A stretch of DNA of 63,325 nucleotides, counting the filler, from Octopus bimaculoides (Eukaryota): assembly GCF_001194135.2 (NCBI RefSeq). It is 5 parts of 5 records of this genome, joined end to end, with 100 filler letters (N's around TTAATTAATTAA, not from the genome) between each part and the next. Parts side by side here need not be neighbours in the genome. Positions count along the whole stretch, not along the records: positions 1 to 14,708 come from NC_068997.1; positions 14,809 to 34,767 come from NC_068989.1; 3 more parts are not named here. One strand, given 5' to 3'. Positions 13,965 to 27,600 of the stretch are shown here, in pieces (positions within the stretch are counted from its first letter, which is position 1; each line of letters opens with the position of its first letter). The notes below the pieces were generated by a model. The model searched no databases, had not been told where the DNA came from, and saw nothing but the letters and a program-made list of their open reading frames with translations. Both the position numbers and the translations under genes were made by a program.

Positions 13965-14006
<42 letters not shown>

Positions 14007-14197
14007 CCGACACACTCTGTCTGCCCCCCCTCTCTCTCTCTCTCTCTCGCATACACAAAACTTCTGCTTGCGTTTATTACCATATCAAATAACCGTGGCC
14101 AGGCTAGTGTTTTACTGAACGTCTATTTAAATAGATGTGATGTGTTTGTATTGTGACAGGAATGAGCATTTTTCTGTGTATGTGAGTATATAATAGG

Positions 14198-14254
<57 letters not shown>

Positions 14255-14674
14255 AATGTATATGTCTGTGTGAGTGTATAAAGTGTATATTGTCGTCAAG
14301 TATTTAATGTAGTCTCTGCTATATATTTTTGTTTGTCTTTCTATAACTCGGTAATTCTTAACAACATTCTCTGTCCCAGTGTTTGTTTATGTACAATTTT
14401 CACTGGCTGCCTGTAGGTGTATATATAAGGATGTGTGTAATGAATGTAGATGGGGTGTCGGTAGATAGGTATGTACGTATGTATTTAATGATGGATGTAT
14501 GTGTATAGGTAGGTTCGCATGTATGCATGTCGGTAGATGTGTAGGTACGTAGACATATGTGCAGATATGCAGTTATATCTGTATGTTTCTGTGTTAATGT
14601 ACATACTCATACACACACACACGTACGCACTAATGTATCTATCAATCTATTTATCTATCTATCTGGTTACATGG

Positions 14675-14708
<34 letters not shown>

Positions 14709-14808
14709 NNNNNNNNNNNNNNNNNNNNNNNNNNNNNNNNNNNNNNNNNNNNTTAATTAATTAANNNNNNNNNNNNNNNNNNNNNNNNNNNNNNNNNNNN
14801 NNNNNNNN
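14709..14808. other. Artificial scaffold-join spacer N44-TTAATTAATTAA-N44 (also 34768-34867, 42076-42175, 48897-48996)
   Basis: Identical 100-nt structure four times; the 12-mer is a palindrome with stops in all six frames. Confidence 0.95.
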
Positions 14809-15215
14809 GGACTGGAAGAATGGTGGTAGCAGGGAATTGTACCAATCTGTCAGAAGGGAAGCTAGGCGACAGGTTTATTTAGCCAGAGGGGAAGCAGATA
14901 AGAAAAGATTTGCCAATGTTCTGCGCCGTGAGGACCAAAGAGAGAATAGTGATGTCGTAGGAGAGAAATGTGTTCGCATGGATGATGGTACGCTTGCACT
15001 AAATGAGGCTGCAAAGAAAGAGGTCTGGAGATGCCACTACGATAGATTGCTCAATAAAGAGAATGAATGGGAGAAAGAGAGTCTGCCGTATGTCAACCCA
15101 ACAGAGGGACCAGCTATCTGAGCTGACAGTACCATGGTAAATAAAGTAATTAAGAGTATGAAGACAGGGAAAGCCCCCGGCCCATCAGGAATCACTGCAG
15201 AGATGCTCAAAATAT
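14809..15215 (+). mobile_element. RTE-clade LINE fragment (region upstream of RT)
   Basis: Translates to [52 protein letters not shown]; closely similar to 25150-25540 on the opposite strand. Confidence 0.85.
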
Positions 15216-16202
15216 ATATGGAGCAAAACGCGTATAATCAATAAGTTCCTTTAATTCCTACATATGCTTCAAAATATATGTGCACTCTACTCCAAAGAAG
15301 TAAGAGGTGCTGGAATTGCACATAAATTCATTGTCAGGGAACCAACATACAAAAGCAAGACATGCGTTAAATGCTAAGGTTGTGTACGAGTTATAACATT
15401 ATATAGCTAAGTAAATGACCGTTAGAAACAAGAACGCTGGTTTACAGGGAGCTACTAAGGGAGAGAGGCTAAGAACGCTATACTAAAAGTTTAAATTAGA
15501 GGAAGGCATAATGGACCGCAGTAAAATCCCAAAATCTAAAGTTCAAAAAAAAAAAAAAGGAAAACAATGGCAAACTAAAACCAGAAAAGGAGGAAGGGAG
15601 AGAATCCAATGAATTCATTATATATTACTCCCTATATAAACAAACTTATATACTGAGGTAAAACTAAGCAAAGATTGTAAATATAATAAATTAAACATCC
15701 ATAGCATTGTATCATATTAAGATACGGTTATTAACCTAAATAAATGGTAATACAAGGTACAAAACTATCATGTGATGAAATAATAATAATAATAATAGTA
15801 ATAATAAACATGCTTACGAGAACAAGAACGAAAATATGTAAGTAAAGTTACAAGTATGCTTCAAACTCAACGAATGTAGCTTTACTGGGAAAGACTTGCT
15901 GAACCAACTATGGAAGGGGAAAGAGTAAAAACAACTGGCGTTGGAGTCAGATATAATTATTATTGAAGATAATATTTTAATGATATTATTCCTGTTATTG
16001 TTACTATTATTGTTATAATAAATATAAAATAAATTAAATATTATCATTATTGCTATTATTGTTATTGTCTAAACTTAAAGGTAAAGACTAAGCTGGGTGA
16101 TTGTACATACCACTTGTAAGGCGGTCGTCCACTAGAGAGAATGTCATTAGGTGAAAAAATAAATAATTATAATAATAACTAAAATTAGTAACAGGGATGA
16201 AA

Positions 16203-17221
16203 TTAACGATAAGAACTGAAGGTTTGTTTCCTCCAATGCTGGCATCTGTATGCTCTCTGTGTTTTCTGGTTTACTAGATAATTCTTGGAGAACAGAATGT
16301 GGAAAAGCTCCAAGTTACAAAGAGGACAAAAATCCTTACCCTTGTTGTAGGGTATTGAGGTAGCCAGTATTGACCATTCCAAAGAGAATTGTTTATTGCA
16401 ATCCTTAAGTTTCCAGATTAATTTACTTAGACTAGTACTATTAATTTTATTCCTATCCCTAAAGGAAGAATAATGGTTGGAAATTCTCCTGGAGACCTGC
16501 GTCGAGGAGCTACCTACATAATGCGAGACGTCTGTGTTAGTCATTACCTTACATTGATAAACCACATTTTTGGTCCTGGCATTCGCACTTAAAAACTTAA
16601 TTTTATTAGAATTAGATTCTGAGATACTAATCTTAATGTTGTTACAGTGATTGTTATATTTACTAATGTTGTACTTGTTACCTATATTTTTACCTAAATA
16701 ACTATTGCCATCATATGAGTGTGTTAAATTACTGGAGTAATTATTATTATTATTATTATTGTTATAAACATTACTATCATTATCATCATAATTAGGATGG
16801 CTGACTAGAGAGATGAATCTAAAAGCCTAAAATTATGGGAAGATATTTTCTGTAACAAATTTTTAGTATTAGAAAACCCAAATCTAACCTTATGTGTGTT
16901 GATTATTGGGTAATAGTGAGAACCCCTAGGAAAGTTCCTATTCACTGCATCACGGAACTGCCAGACCAAATTGGATTTAACTTGTTTCCAGAAAGGGAGG
17001 TTGAACCAGATATTTTCATCAGATCTAGTTACAGTGTTAGTATAGTTGAATAAATTAAGTTTTTTGATTTTATTAAGATGTTTAGAGCCAGTTAGGCCTC
17101 CTCCCTTATGTGAATGATTATAAGTATGTGCCACTTTCTCAGTTAAGTGAGAAGAAGGGGAAGAAATAGAAATGGGTTTGTCCCTGCTAATAGAGGGGAC
17201 ATCTTGCTGTGCAAGATACAT
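16203..17221 (-). mobile_element. Penelope-like element 3' fragment: linker plus GIY-YIG endonuclease (probably Naiad-type)
   Basis: ENIWFNLPFWKQVKSN..HKVRFGFSNTKN..ISSHN, one frameshift near 16810, then an open Asn-rich linker into VVYQC..YVG..RISNHYSSF..SLSKLIWKLK..CPLC..RCQH. Confidence 0.88.
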
Positions 17222-17333
17222 ATAAATATATATATATATATAATTTATTAATGAGGGTAGAAATTGATATTAATCAATTAAAACCAGTGGTCTAGCATAT
17301 TAAAAAAATCCGAAGATTAAAATTATATTACAT

Positions 17334-17507
17334 ACAAAAATAAGAGGAATGACCAGCAAAAGTATTTTTTCATTTGTCTTGCCCTTTTACAGTCTGTTGT
17401 GTCGCTAAATTTTTACTGAGAACATGTTTTTTTCGTGGTTAGATGATTCGGCATCTATTTCTAGCATATAGGAGTCCACTTTTGCTGGTCATTCCTCTTA
17501 TTTTTGT
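17334..17507. mobile_element. Small MITE-like element with 30-bp TIRs
   Basis: ACAAAAATAAGAGGAATGACCAGCAAAAGT at 17334-17363 with its exact reverse complement at 17478-17507. Confidence 0.75.
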
Positions 17508-18102
17508 GTATATATATATATATATATACATACATATATACACACATACCTAAACAAAGACTTATATATGCAGTCATATATATTCACACACATATATATG
17601 CACACATGCATATACACACACACACACATATGGGAGTAAGAGACCTTCTTTGGTATTTATTCATAACTGTGATTTTATGTAAATGATAATTAACTCCGTT
17701 ACCTCTGTGTTCCACATATCATAGAGTACCTATGAGGGAATGTTATAAGGAATATGGATATTCAGTATTTAGAGTTTAGGTATACACAGATACTATACGG
17801 AATAGCAGTACAATTAGCGTGTTTTCTATCAACAGACTCAGCAACCTCAAAACAGAAGCCAAAGTAGTGTGCTGGACTAGAAAATACAATTGTAATCCTG
17901 ATGTTTAGTTTTTAATAACTAGTACTATATTTCACTAGTGTCACAAGTCATAAGTCCATAGTCAGATTATGTCAATCAAAATGTTGTCCACTACATGTCA
18001 CATTTAGTTGCATTTTACCAAATATTGGAAATCCAGTGCTTGATGTATCACATAATTTGTAAGCCTTAATAGAATTAATAATTCTCCAAAACTTTAACTT
18101 AC

Positions 18103-18658
18103 CAAATGGCAGGATTCGCACCAGCTTCTAAGAGAGGAGAAATGATTTCTGGTTGACAATTCTGCGCAATAGCATGCAGTAATGTATGTTTATCTCGGCC
18201 CCATTGTTCATTCAAAATGTCTGGAAACTTAATATCATCAGCCATCACTAAATTTAAAGATGCATCACAAATTATATTTCCAGTTTTATTTTCTTTGTCA
18301 GATGATTTGACATAATCATCAATAGCATCATTGTTTGGACTGTTATCACTCTGAACTACAGTGTCTGTGGTAGTAGCACATGATGGGTTTGCTATTTCTG
18401 AGAAACTATTTTCAAGAGGAATAGTTCTATTCTTTGATACTTTTCCATCAAGAACATTTTCAGGAGTGACAGAAGATTCAATCACATCTTTTGTATCTTT
18501 TGCTATTTCATCAGTCAATATCCTTTGTGATTCAGATTTATTTTTAGAGTTAGGCACACATGCATGCTTAGCCAGCCATGAAATTAGCTTATTGGCATCA
18601 TGAAGATTCCCGGTTTTGCATGCTCTATAAAGTTCGTTTCGGATGTAATTTTTTTCCT
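18103..18658 (-). CDS. ANKZF1: ANKZF1 ankyrin exon (K)[18 protein letters not shown]...[31 protein letters not shown]
   Basis: Acceptor cacaaatttcag, donor TG|gtaagt; 556 nt, phase 1 to 2; two ankyrin-like helix pairs. Confidence 0.92.
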
Positions 18659-21600
18659 CTGAAATTTGTGAGTAAAAATTATTAAGTTAGAATTTACATT
18701 TGTTTAAAATAAAACAATATTTATAGATGCATGTATGCATACATTAAAAAACATACACAAAGCATATATTTAAACCTAATTGCCTATCCCAATACATAGT
18801 TCTGGGTTTATGGTAAATAAATGAATGAAGATTATGATCTCTATGCTTTTGATGCTAATCTATCACGGGTAACATTTACCTGTGGTTTAGCTGATTAACA
18901 TTTACCTAATATTTAGATGTAAAATTAAGTGCATTGTCTGACACAATAGCTGGAATGGATATAAAATGAACACTTGATAGTTTCTTACTTTGCACATACT
19001 CAAAAAGCTACATATAAATCTGCATGCATACACACACTCTCTATCTTTCTCCTCACCTAAATATCTCATATAAAGTAAATACCTGGCAAAAACGGCTAGT
19101 ATCTGTTTAAATTTTGTTATGCTATAGCTTACCTCATAAATATTAAATAAAATGAATTAAAAAATTAGAAATTGGTAATAAAAGTGAATCTTACTCGATC
19201 CTTTAGTAGCTGGCTTAGGTTTTGCATCCATAGAAATTTTGTTAGATTTTACAGCAGCCTGTTGACCAAAGTTTATCTCATCAGGGTTTAGATAACATGT
19301 ACTGGTTTCTTCGGTCACAAAATGCAATTTAATGTCACTATCATTTTCTGTTTCAGAACATGATCCTGTTAATAGTAAATAATCATGTTTGTAAGCTATA
19401 CACATGAATAAGGTATAACTAACAATAACAAAAATAGAAGAAAAGTAAGTGCTATTTTAGAGGAATGAAATGAATTCAGCATCACATGCTGATATTACAT
19501 ATCAATATTTAAACTATTTCTATTTCAAAACATTGTTTATAATAATGACAGCATTCAGTATAACTATTTACATTATGCATGGTTATTAAGGCATACAGAA
19601 TACATTGTAAATGTTATCTAAATTAAACTTACTGTCATCTACAGTGACAGAAGATGTATTTTCTTGAACATTATCTTCACTAGCCTTTTTGCCAAGTTTT
19701 GATTTTAAGTTTTTCTTTTTCTTATCAAATAAGATCAATTTGCCCACATTATTTCTTAATTGAGAGACATCTGTGATGATTTCTAGTTGACCAGTATTTG
19801 TACTAAAATGCCGAGGAGGCGATCGGGGAATAAATTCCTGCATTTCACTCTCATTACCTGTAATACAATAAACTTTTTTTATGAACAGAATGATTACGTA
19901 TAAAATACATATTAATTTTTCATAGTAATACAATCAAATTGATCTCAGTGGAGGATAAAAAGATAGCTATGACATTCATGCCTTTCTTGAAGACATTAAA
20001 TTAAAAACGTTACTAAGTGAAATAGCTACAATCTAGAACTGAACTAGGCCACAGACTTCTTACTGAAAATATATTATATATGTATTTATTCAAAATATAC
20101 TATGTTTAAATTTTCAGGGCCTTCAGATATTTAGTGGTTTTGTTGAGGGATTATAAAATCTTGGATTACAAAATCCTGTAAGTCAATATTCATTCCTTTT
20201 TTTAAAGATGGTAGGATTGATTTGCAGGAAATTTGGCTGCTATTTCTAGCAAGTTAAATGAATGCATAGCAGGTCATTGGCTTATGTGTGCTGCTGATAG
20301 ACTAGATCACAGAATATTGTTTTCATTGCCAAACAAAAACACTAAACAAGAAATAAGTAAGTTTGTACTCTGTGATAGGCATTGCACTATATCTGTTATC
20401 AAAATACATAGCTTACATTGGTTCAGTCCATCTAGTTATGTTATAGTTTACCATTATAAGCAGCTGATGATCATAAGTCTTATACAGGTTAAGCTTGAAA
20501 AATACAGCAGAAGTTAATAGGACAATAGTCTCACTTTCTAATAATGATCCAACATATTGATTACTTTTGGTTAGACAAAAGACCAATTTTTGTAAAAGTG
20601 ATCAGCAATGCCAACAACTGAATACCTTTTTAAGATAAATAATATTGCTTGACTGATTAAAGAAAACATAAAAACAAAACAGATGTTAACCTACCATAGC
20701 ATTCAACTGATGCTAGCATCTCATGAACACGGCAAGTTTCATTGTGCGTTGGGCGCCGAGTATGGAATGGTATGCCTCGAATACGAAAATCATTTCGACT
20801 GAGGGGAGAATTTTTACCACTGAAGAACATTTGCTGGTTAAAGCTAGGGGCTCTCAAGAAGATCAGATCACACCGCATCAAATAGTCAGACCAACTGGTC
20901 AAAAGCTCTTGGACATCCTGATATTAAATAGAATAATTATTTAACTTATTTGGTTTGAGTGAATACATATAGAAAATCTTGGAAAAATGTAACACTAACA
21001 GCTAACTTCTGTAAAGAAAAGAAAAACTGCTGTTTGTGAGAGATTCGGATCAAGAAGCATAAACAGAATAAAAAGCAAGTTAATATTAAGTGTATACTTA
21101 TCACTGAAAAACTTAATTCCACAAGACTTTGTAATATATTCTCTTTCCAACACTCACACTATATTCTTTTTAAACTAAGATTTTGTTCAGCTCATTTTAG
21201 TTCAGCAAGTTTCTTGAAGAGCTTTGCTGATTATACCTACAATACCAAATAGTAACCTACAATAAATCCTTTTAAGTTATCTCTGCATCATAGGTGTAGC
21301 CTGTGACAGTATATTTATTTGCATAGATTAAAGGTATTTAAAATTGAGCTACATATGAGATGCAGCTATTCTTGGCATTGGAGGATGGCACACATGCACT
21401 AGTTTTTTTTTTCATGAAATCTAGTATATTATGTTGAATTAAACTTCATGACTGATCAGTAAGTTCTTCAACCATGGCCTTTGCATCTTAATTATGGACA
21501 CAGTCCAATTTTAAAAACTATTGGAAGTTTTAGAGCAAATTGACTGATAAGATAGAAGCTTAGCACTTAGCTTACAACAAATCATTCTCAAATATGACAG

Positions 21601-24600
21601 AAAGATAAACACAATCAACCATATGTAGAGTGAGCAATGTGATCACAAATCAGAATGAGGCATGGCATATCCACGATAAATGTCAGCCTAATTTGATGTC
21701 ATGGTTCTATACAAATAACAATGACTGGAGCCACCTAGCAACAGAAGTTTCATTAAATATAAACCATAGTTATATAGTCCTTGTTAACCATTCCACTAAA
21801 AAATCAAAAATCTGTAACCTAATTGTAATGTAAAGGATTTTGCTGCTATCAACTTGGCTACAAGATGTAGTTACAGAAAATATACTACTGAAATGAAAAA
21901 GTACCAATATAAGAGTTTGCAGTTCACATCCTGTCAGTAGCAGCTCTCACTGGAAGAGTGCACCTAGCTGTAATTGGGTACTACTCTAAGTAGCTACAGT
22001 CACTAGAATTCATGAGAATTTTGTTGGCTAAAGTGCTGCATTCAACTTCTGAAAGAAAAACTACCTGTGGTAGAAGAGTATCATATCCAGCGGGGGTAAA
22101 AGGGAATTTTTTATTTCCTTTATGATACTGAGACCAGAGTTGAGCACTAAAATCTTGCAATTTAGAAATAAGATATAAATGGACACAGGTTTATAATTCA
22201 AATCTGATAAATTTATAGGACTGAATCATAAATAAATTACTGTTTTTTCTCTTCTTCATCCAGCTTTTAACAATGTATTCTGCAAGTCTTGGCCTTTTTA
22301 ATTCAGCTCAACCTGCTCAGTAACCCACTTTTAGTTACCATCATCAAAATCATACTCAGTTATAGTCCTGTATTCAAAACTATACAATATTTAGAGTAAT
22401 GAAATAATTGAAATGATGGCATCAATAGTAATTATTAATGGCATCAAACATGCCAAAGAATAATTCTTTCAATTCACAATGGCTACAATTTTGGTAATAT
22501 CATCTATTAATTCCTTAGAGTTTTTTCTGTTGGCATACAAAGAAACTGTGATTGGGAAATATCAAGTATTCAACTATCAACCACACAATTGTTAATACTT
22601 ACATTTAAATATATATGTTAATACATGTAGAGGTACACTAAATATACATATGTTAATATAGATTTGCTCTGTAGAGCAATGCATTTACTGCAAAAGAAAA
22701 GAGACTGAAATGTAATTTCAAGTGATTTTAATGCAGATAAAGCTGTAAATGCAACCAATCACCTTATACATTAAGTTTAACTTTGAATTTCAAATTAACT
22801 ACATTAAATATTATTTTGTATCTTTAACAGGCAAATATAGTAGATGTACAAATCTTTGAAGAAACAAAGACAATACAGAAAGATTCAAGATTTTGCTCCA
22901 ATAAAGTTACTGAAAGACTAGTTGGTAGCAAGGGTGAAGAAAGTAATTTAGATGTTAAAAATTTTAATGATGATGATATTATTAAACTACAAATTAGCTG
23001 AGGATAAATCAGGAGGTGTTCCAGCTGTGACTAATCAATCTTTTTTTTTCAGACATAGTATATCTTTTACTTCATTATCCAATATGTCCTTCCTTTTTAA
23101 TGATGATATGATGTCGTCGTCATCATCATCATCATCATCGTCATCGTCGTCGTTTAATGTCCGCTTTCCATGCTAGCATGGTTGGACAGTTTGACTGAGG
23201 ACTGACAAGCCAGGAGGCTGCACCATGTTCCAATCTGATCTGGCAAGGTTTCAACAGCTGGACGCCCTTCCTAACACCAACCACTCTGAGAGTGTAGTGG
23301 GTGCTTTTTATGTGCCACTGGCATGGGGGCCAGTTAAGTGGCACTGGCATTGACCACACTCAAATGGTGCCTTTTAGGTGCCACTGGCATGGGGCCAGTA
23401 TGATGGCACTGGCATCGACCACATGCAAATGGTGCTTTTTATGTGCCACCAACACAGGTGGCAGTCCAGCAGTACTGGCATCAGCCATGACAGCGATTTT
23501 ACTTGACTCAATAGGTTTTCTCAAGCACAACACATTACCTGACAATTGAAGGGTACTCTTAAATGGAACGGTTATGCGACACTGGCATAAGCCATAGCTA
23601 CGATCTCACTTAGCTCGTTAGGTTTTCTCAAACACAGCATATCTTCAAAGGTATTGGTCCCTTGTCATTGCCTCTGTGAAGCCCAATGTTTGAAGGTCAT
23701 TCTTCACTACCTCATCCCAGGTCTTCCTCTTCCACAGGTTCTTTCCACAGTTAGAGATCAGCACTTCTTTACACAGCTGTCCTCATCCATACATAACACA
23801 TGACCACACCAGCGCAGTCGTCTTTCTTGAACACCACACCTGATGCTTCTTAGGTCCAACTTTTCTCTCAGGGAGCTTACACTCTGTCGTGTATGCACAC
23901 TGAAATTACACATTCAGCGGAGCATTCAAGCTAATTTCTTTCAAGCCTACGCATGTCCTCAGCAATCACAGCCCATGTTTCACTGCTTTGAAGCATGGCT
24001 CTTCACACACATGCATCATACAGTCTACCTTTCAATCTGAGTGAGAGGCCTTTGTTATCAGCAGAGGTAAGAGCTCTCTGAACTTTGCCCAGGCTATTCT
24101 TATTCTAGCAGCTACACTCTCAGAGCAACCATCCCCACTACTGACTTGGTCACCTAGGTAATGAAAACTATCAACTACTTCTAGTTTTTCCCCCTGGCAT
24201 GTAATAGAAGCTGTTCTCTGCATATTTTGAATGTTTATTGCACCTGAACATCTGCCACATACAAAAACTAACTTCCTAGTTAACCTGCCTTTGATATTGC
24301 TGCACCTCTTATGTGCCCATAGCTTACACTGGGTACATCTTACAGAGTTTCTGCCTACACATCGAGCAAGGCCATCTACCTGAAGGGATTTGTGGTTTGT
24401 CTGCCTTCCTACTCATTAAGACTTTGGTTTTTGCTAGATTTACTCTAAGGCCTTTTGATTGTAGACCTTGTTTCCACACCTGAAACTTCTCTAGATCTGA
24501 TAGTGACTCAGCTATTAGAGCAAGGTCATCAGCATAGAGGAGCTCCCAGGGGTAGCTTGTCTGGAATTCCTGTTATTGTTTGGAGGACTATGATGACTAA

Positions 24601-27600
24601 GAGGGGGCTGAGGACTGATCCTTGGTGGACCACTACTCCTAGCTGGAATTCTTCACTATACTCGTTGCCAACCCTCACCTTACTGACAGTGTCCCAGTAC
24701 ATAGCTTGTATAGCCCTCACTAACCACTCATCTATCCCTAGTTTCTGCATTGACCACTAGATAAGGGATTGGGGGACCTTGTCAAAAGCTTCCACCATGT
24801 CAACGAAAGCCAAGTACAGAGGTTTATCTTTGGCCAGGAATTTCTCCTGCAGCTGTCTTACTAGAAATATAGCATTAGTGGTGCTTCTCCCTGGCACAAA
24901 CTCAAACTGTATCTCGTCTAAACTAATTCTCTCCCTGATTACATGGGCTAAGACCCTCTCAGTGACTTTCATCACCTGATCCAACAATTTAATACCTCTA
25001 TAATTATTCCTATCTAATCCATCACCTTTTCCTTTGTAGCAGCTGACTGCTACACCAGTCATTGGGTATGACTCCTTTGTGTATTATCTATGACTATACG
25101 GGTGACTAGACTATAATCTACATCACCAGATATTTTAAGCATCTCTGTAGTGATTCCTGATGGGCAAGGGGTTTTACCTGTCTTCATACCCTTAATTGCT
25201 TTATCTACCAATTCAGATAGCTGGTCCCTGTGTTGGGTTGACATTCGGCAGACTCTCTTTCTATCATTCATTCTCTTCATTTACCAAACTTTCTTAGTGG
25301 CATCTCCAAGTCTCTTTCTTTGCAGCATCACTAAATGCAAGTGAGCTATCATCCATGCGAATACATTTCTCTCACATGACATTACGATTCTCTCTCACAC
25401 ATTGTCTTGCAATACGAAATACTTCAAGTCTTTGGTCCTCACGTCACAGAACACTGGCAAATTTTTTCTTATCTGCTTCCCCTCTGGCTAAGTAAACCTG
25501 TCACCTAGCTTCCCTTCTGGTGATCCAGTCCTTCCATGCCTGTTTCTTTTTCCTAATGGCACTGTCAACTACATTGTTCTACTCCCACGTTACCTTGGAT
25601 GACTGAGCAGGGTGAGCAACCAAGTAGATACATCTTTTTTTGCTCATAATTTTGATGATGATGATAGTGGTGGTTGTGGTTATGGTGGGGATGGCAATAA
25701 TGATGACAAGATTGAGCTATATTGTGATGGAATTGGCAATGAAAAATATGGTGATGACAGTAGTGGTGAAGGCAGTTATGAGAGTAATGATGGGCAGGAA
25801 AATGCTCATTGTAGTGATAGTGACAATGAAGGTAATTTAGCATGATGGAATGTAAAAGAAACAAGAGCACTCAGAGAGTGTAAACCTCCGCCAAGGCAAC
25901 ACCAATGCTCTCTCAACAATTAGCCAGAGATGATTTTTAAAATAAGAATATCTGAAATAAATTTGACTGCTCTTACAAACGAGAATACTAAAAACGAACC
26001 CGACTGCTCTCAAAAATTAAGTAAAAAAACAAGGAAAATAATCCAGAATCCTTCTCTGGTACCTGATCGATCCCAATGGTAGCCATGGAATGTGAAGGTG
26101 GCTGTAGAAAATTTAGTAACAGCAATAAATAGTTTATCCTTATCTAATATAACCCAAAGTTAACAAATTCACCATTCAAAATAGTTACAGCCTAAATGGA
26201 GATAATTGAGAAAGACCTGAAAGTTAACATAAGATAGTAATCATGTAAAGTAAATATAACAAATAATCCAGAATCCTTGTCTGGTACTGGATCAATCCCC
26301 AAACCTAATCAGCTCATGCCAGTCATGAGGCCAAACATCTCTGAAAGATTCATCCGAATCCATCCAACAGTTCTTGAAATATCATGTCCACAGACAAACA
26401 AACAAACAAACGTAACTGAAAACAATAACTCTGCCTTCGCTAAGGCGGAGGTAGTAATTACCTGGTTTAATGCAGACTCATTGTGCCGGCGGAGGGATGC
26501 CCCTGCAGAGCGAGGGGCATTACCACGTCCATCTCTGGATCCTTGGGATTTGCCCTGTTTGGCTCGAACAGTGTAACGATGAAATGTCTTGTGCATGATT
26601 ACCTTGCCACTGAGTAAATACAAGAAAATGTTTGACAAGTAGAAACATAAATACAATTTATAATTTAAATTAATGAACTTAATATTACGATGTGTATGCA
26701 GTGTTAGAGTTAGATAGTCAGATACTTCATTTTTGAATAAGAGTATATATTAAAACTGAATCTAAAATAATCTAGTGGATAAAGCTTTCAGCGATAATAA
26801 GTTAGTTAGATAAATGATGTATATAATTTTCAAGCTTAGGTTTAACTTTAAAATTATTCTGAACAAGGCAAATATGAGATTTTAAATTCCAAAACATATT
26901 GAATACACAAACCATGTAAGAAAGAAAGAAAAAGAGGGTGAGGTATTTTTTCAGAGGGATGAGTTTACAATCAAGTAGACAGCCCATCTTTGAATGCTGT
27001 TTTTATGTGTTATAACAGGTCGGAGAAATTATTGATTTCTCATTGGTTAAAAATTACTGCCCATATGCAAATTATGAACTTCGTTGAAGAAATCTTTCAC
27101 GGGGTTACGGTTCTATGATTCGTGTATGAGTAGTTATAAAAACCCTGATTTTCGGCAAAATCGCCAGTGATCGTTGGATGTTATTCAAGTCCACGACACT
27201 CACCCTTTTGAGTATACTCAAATCCGACAATATTGAATTGTCGTGAAACCTTACTAGTTAGAATGAGAAACTAGTTAATAATAAATTTAAGTCGTAAATT
27301 CTCTACGATGAAATGCTTTGTTTCTAAATTTCTATAAATGTAAAAATATGTATATAATAAATTAATGTAGAAACTTAATTCCTTTTACTGCTTGTTTCTT
27401 TCAACTTGTTGAATTTATTTCTGTATATTAATGAAACTGTATTTTTTTTATGTGTAACGGTCAAAAATCTATAATCTATATCTTCAACATACGTGCACAT
27501 GATAAACGCTCACCCAGCGTTTTATCATGTATANNNNNNNNNNNNNNNNNNNNNNNNNNNNNNNNNNNNNNNNNNNNNNNNNNNNNNNNNNNNNNNNNNN

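Noticed and set aside
14753-14764. TTAATTAATTAA recurring four times as a possible motif or PacI-like site
   Set aside because: Always centred in exactly 44+44 Ns; an assembly linker.
20233-20517. 94-aa plus-strand ORF antisense within an ANKZF1 intron; similar short ORFs at 21630, 39285, 46471, 47584 and 59915
   Set aside because: No recognisable domain or exon structure; lengths are compatible with chance.
25612-25870. Asp/Gly-rich and His-rich ORFs
   Set aside because: Decayed (GAT/GGT)n-type low-complexity intronic sequence between a LINE and a HINE; no splice or homology support.
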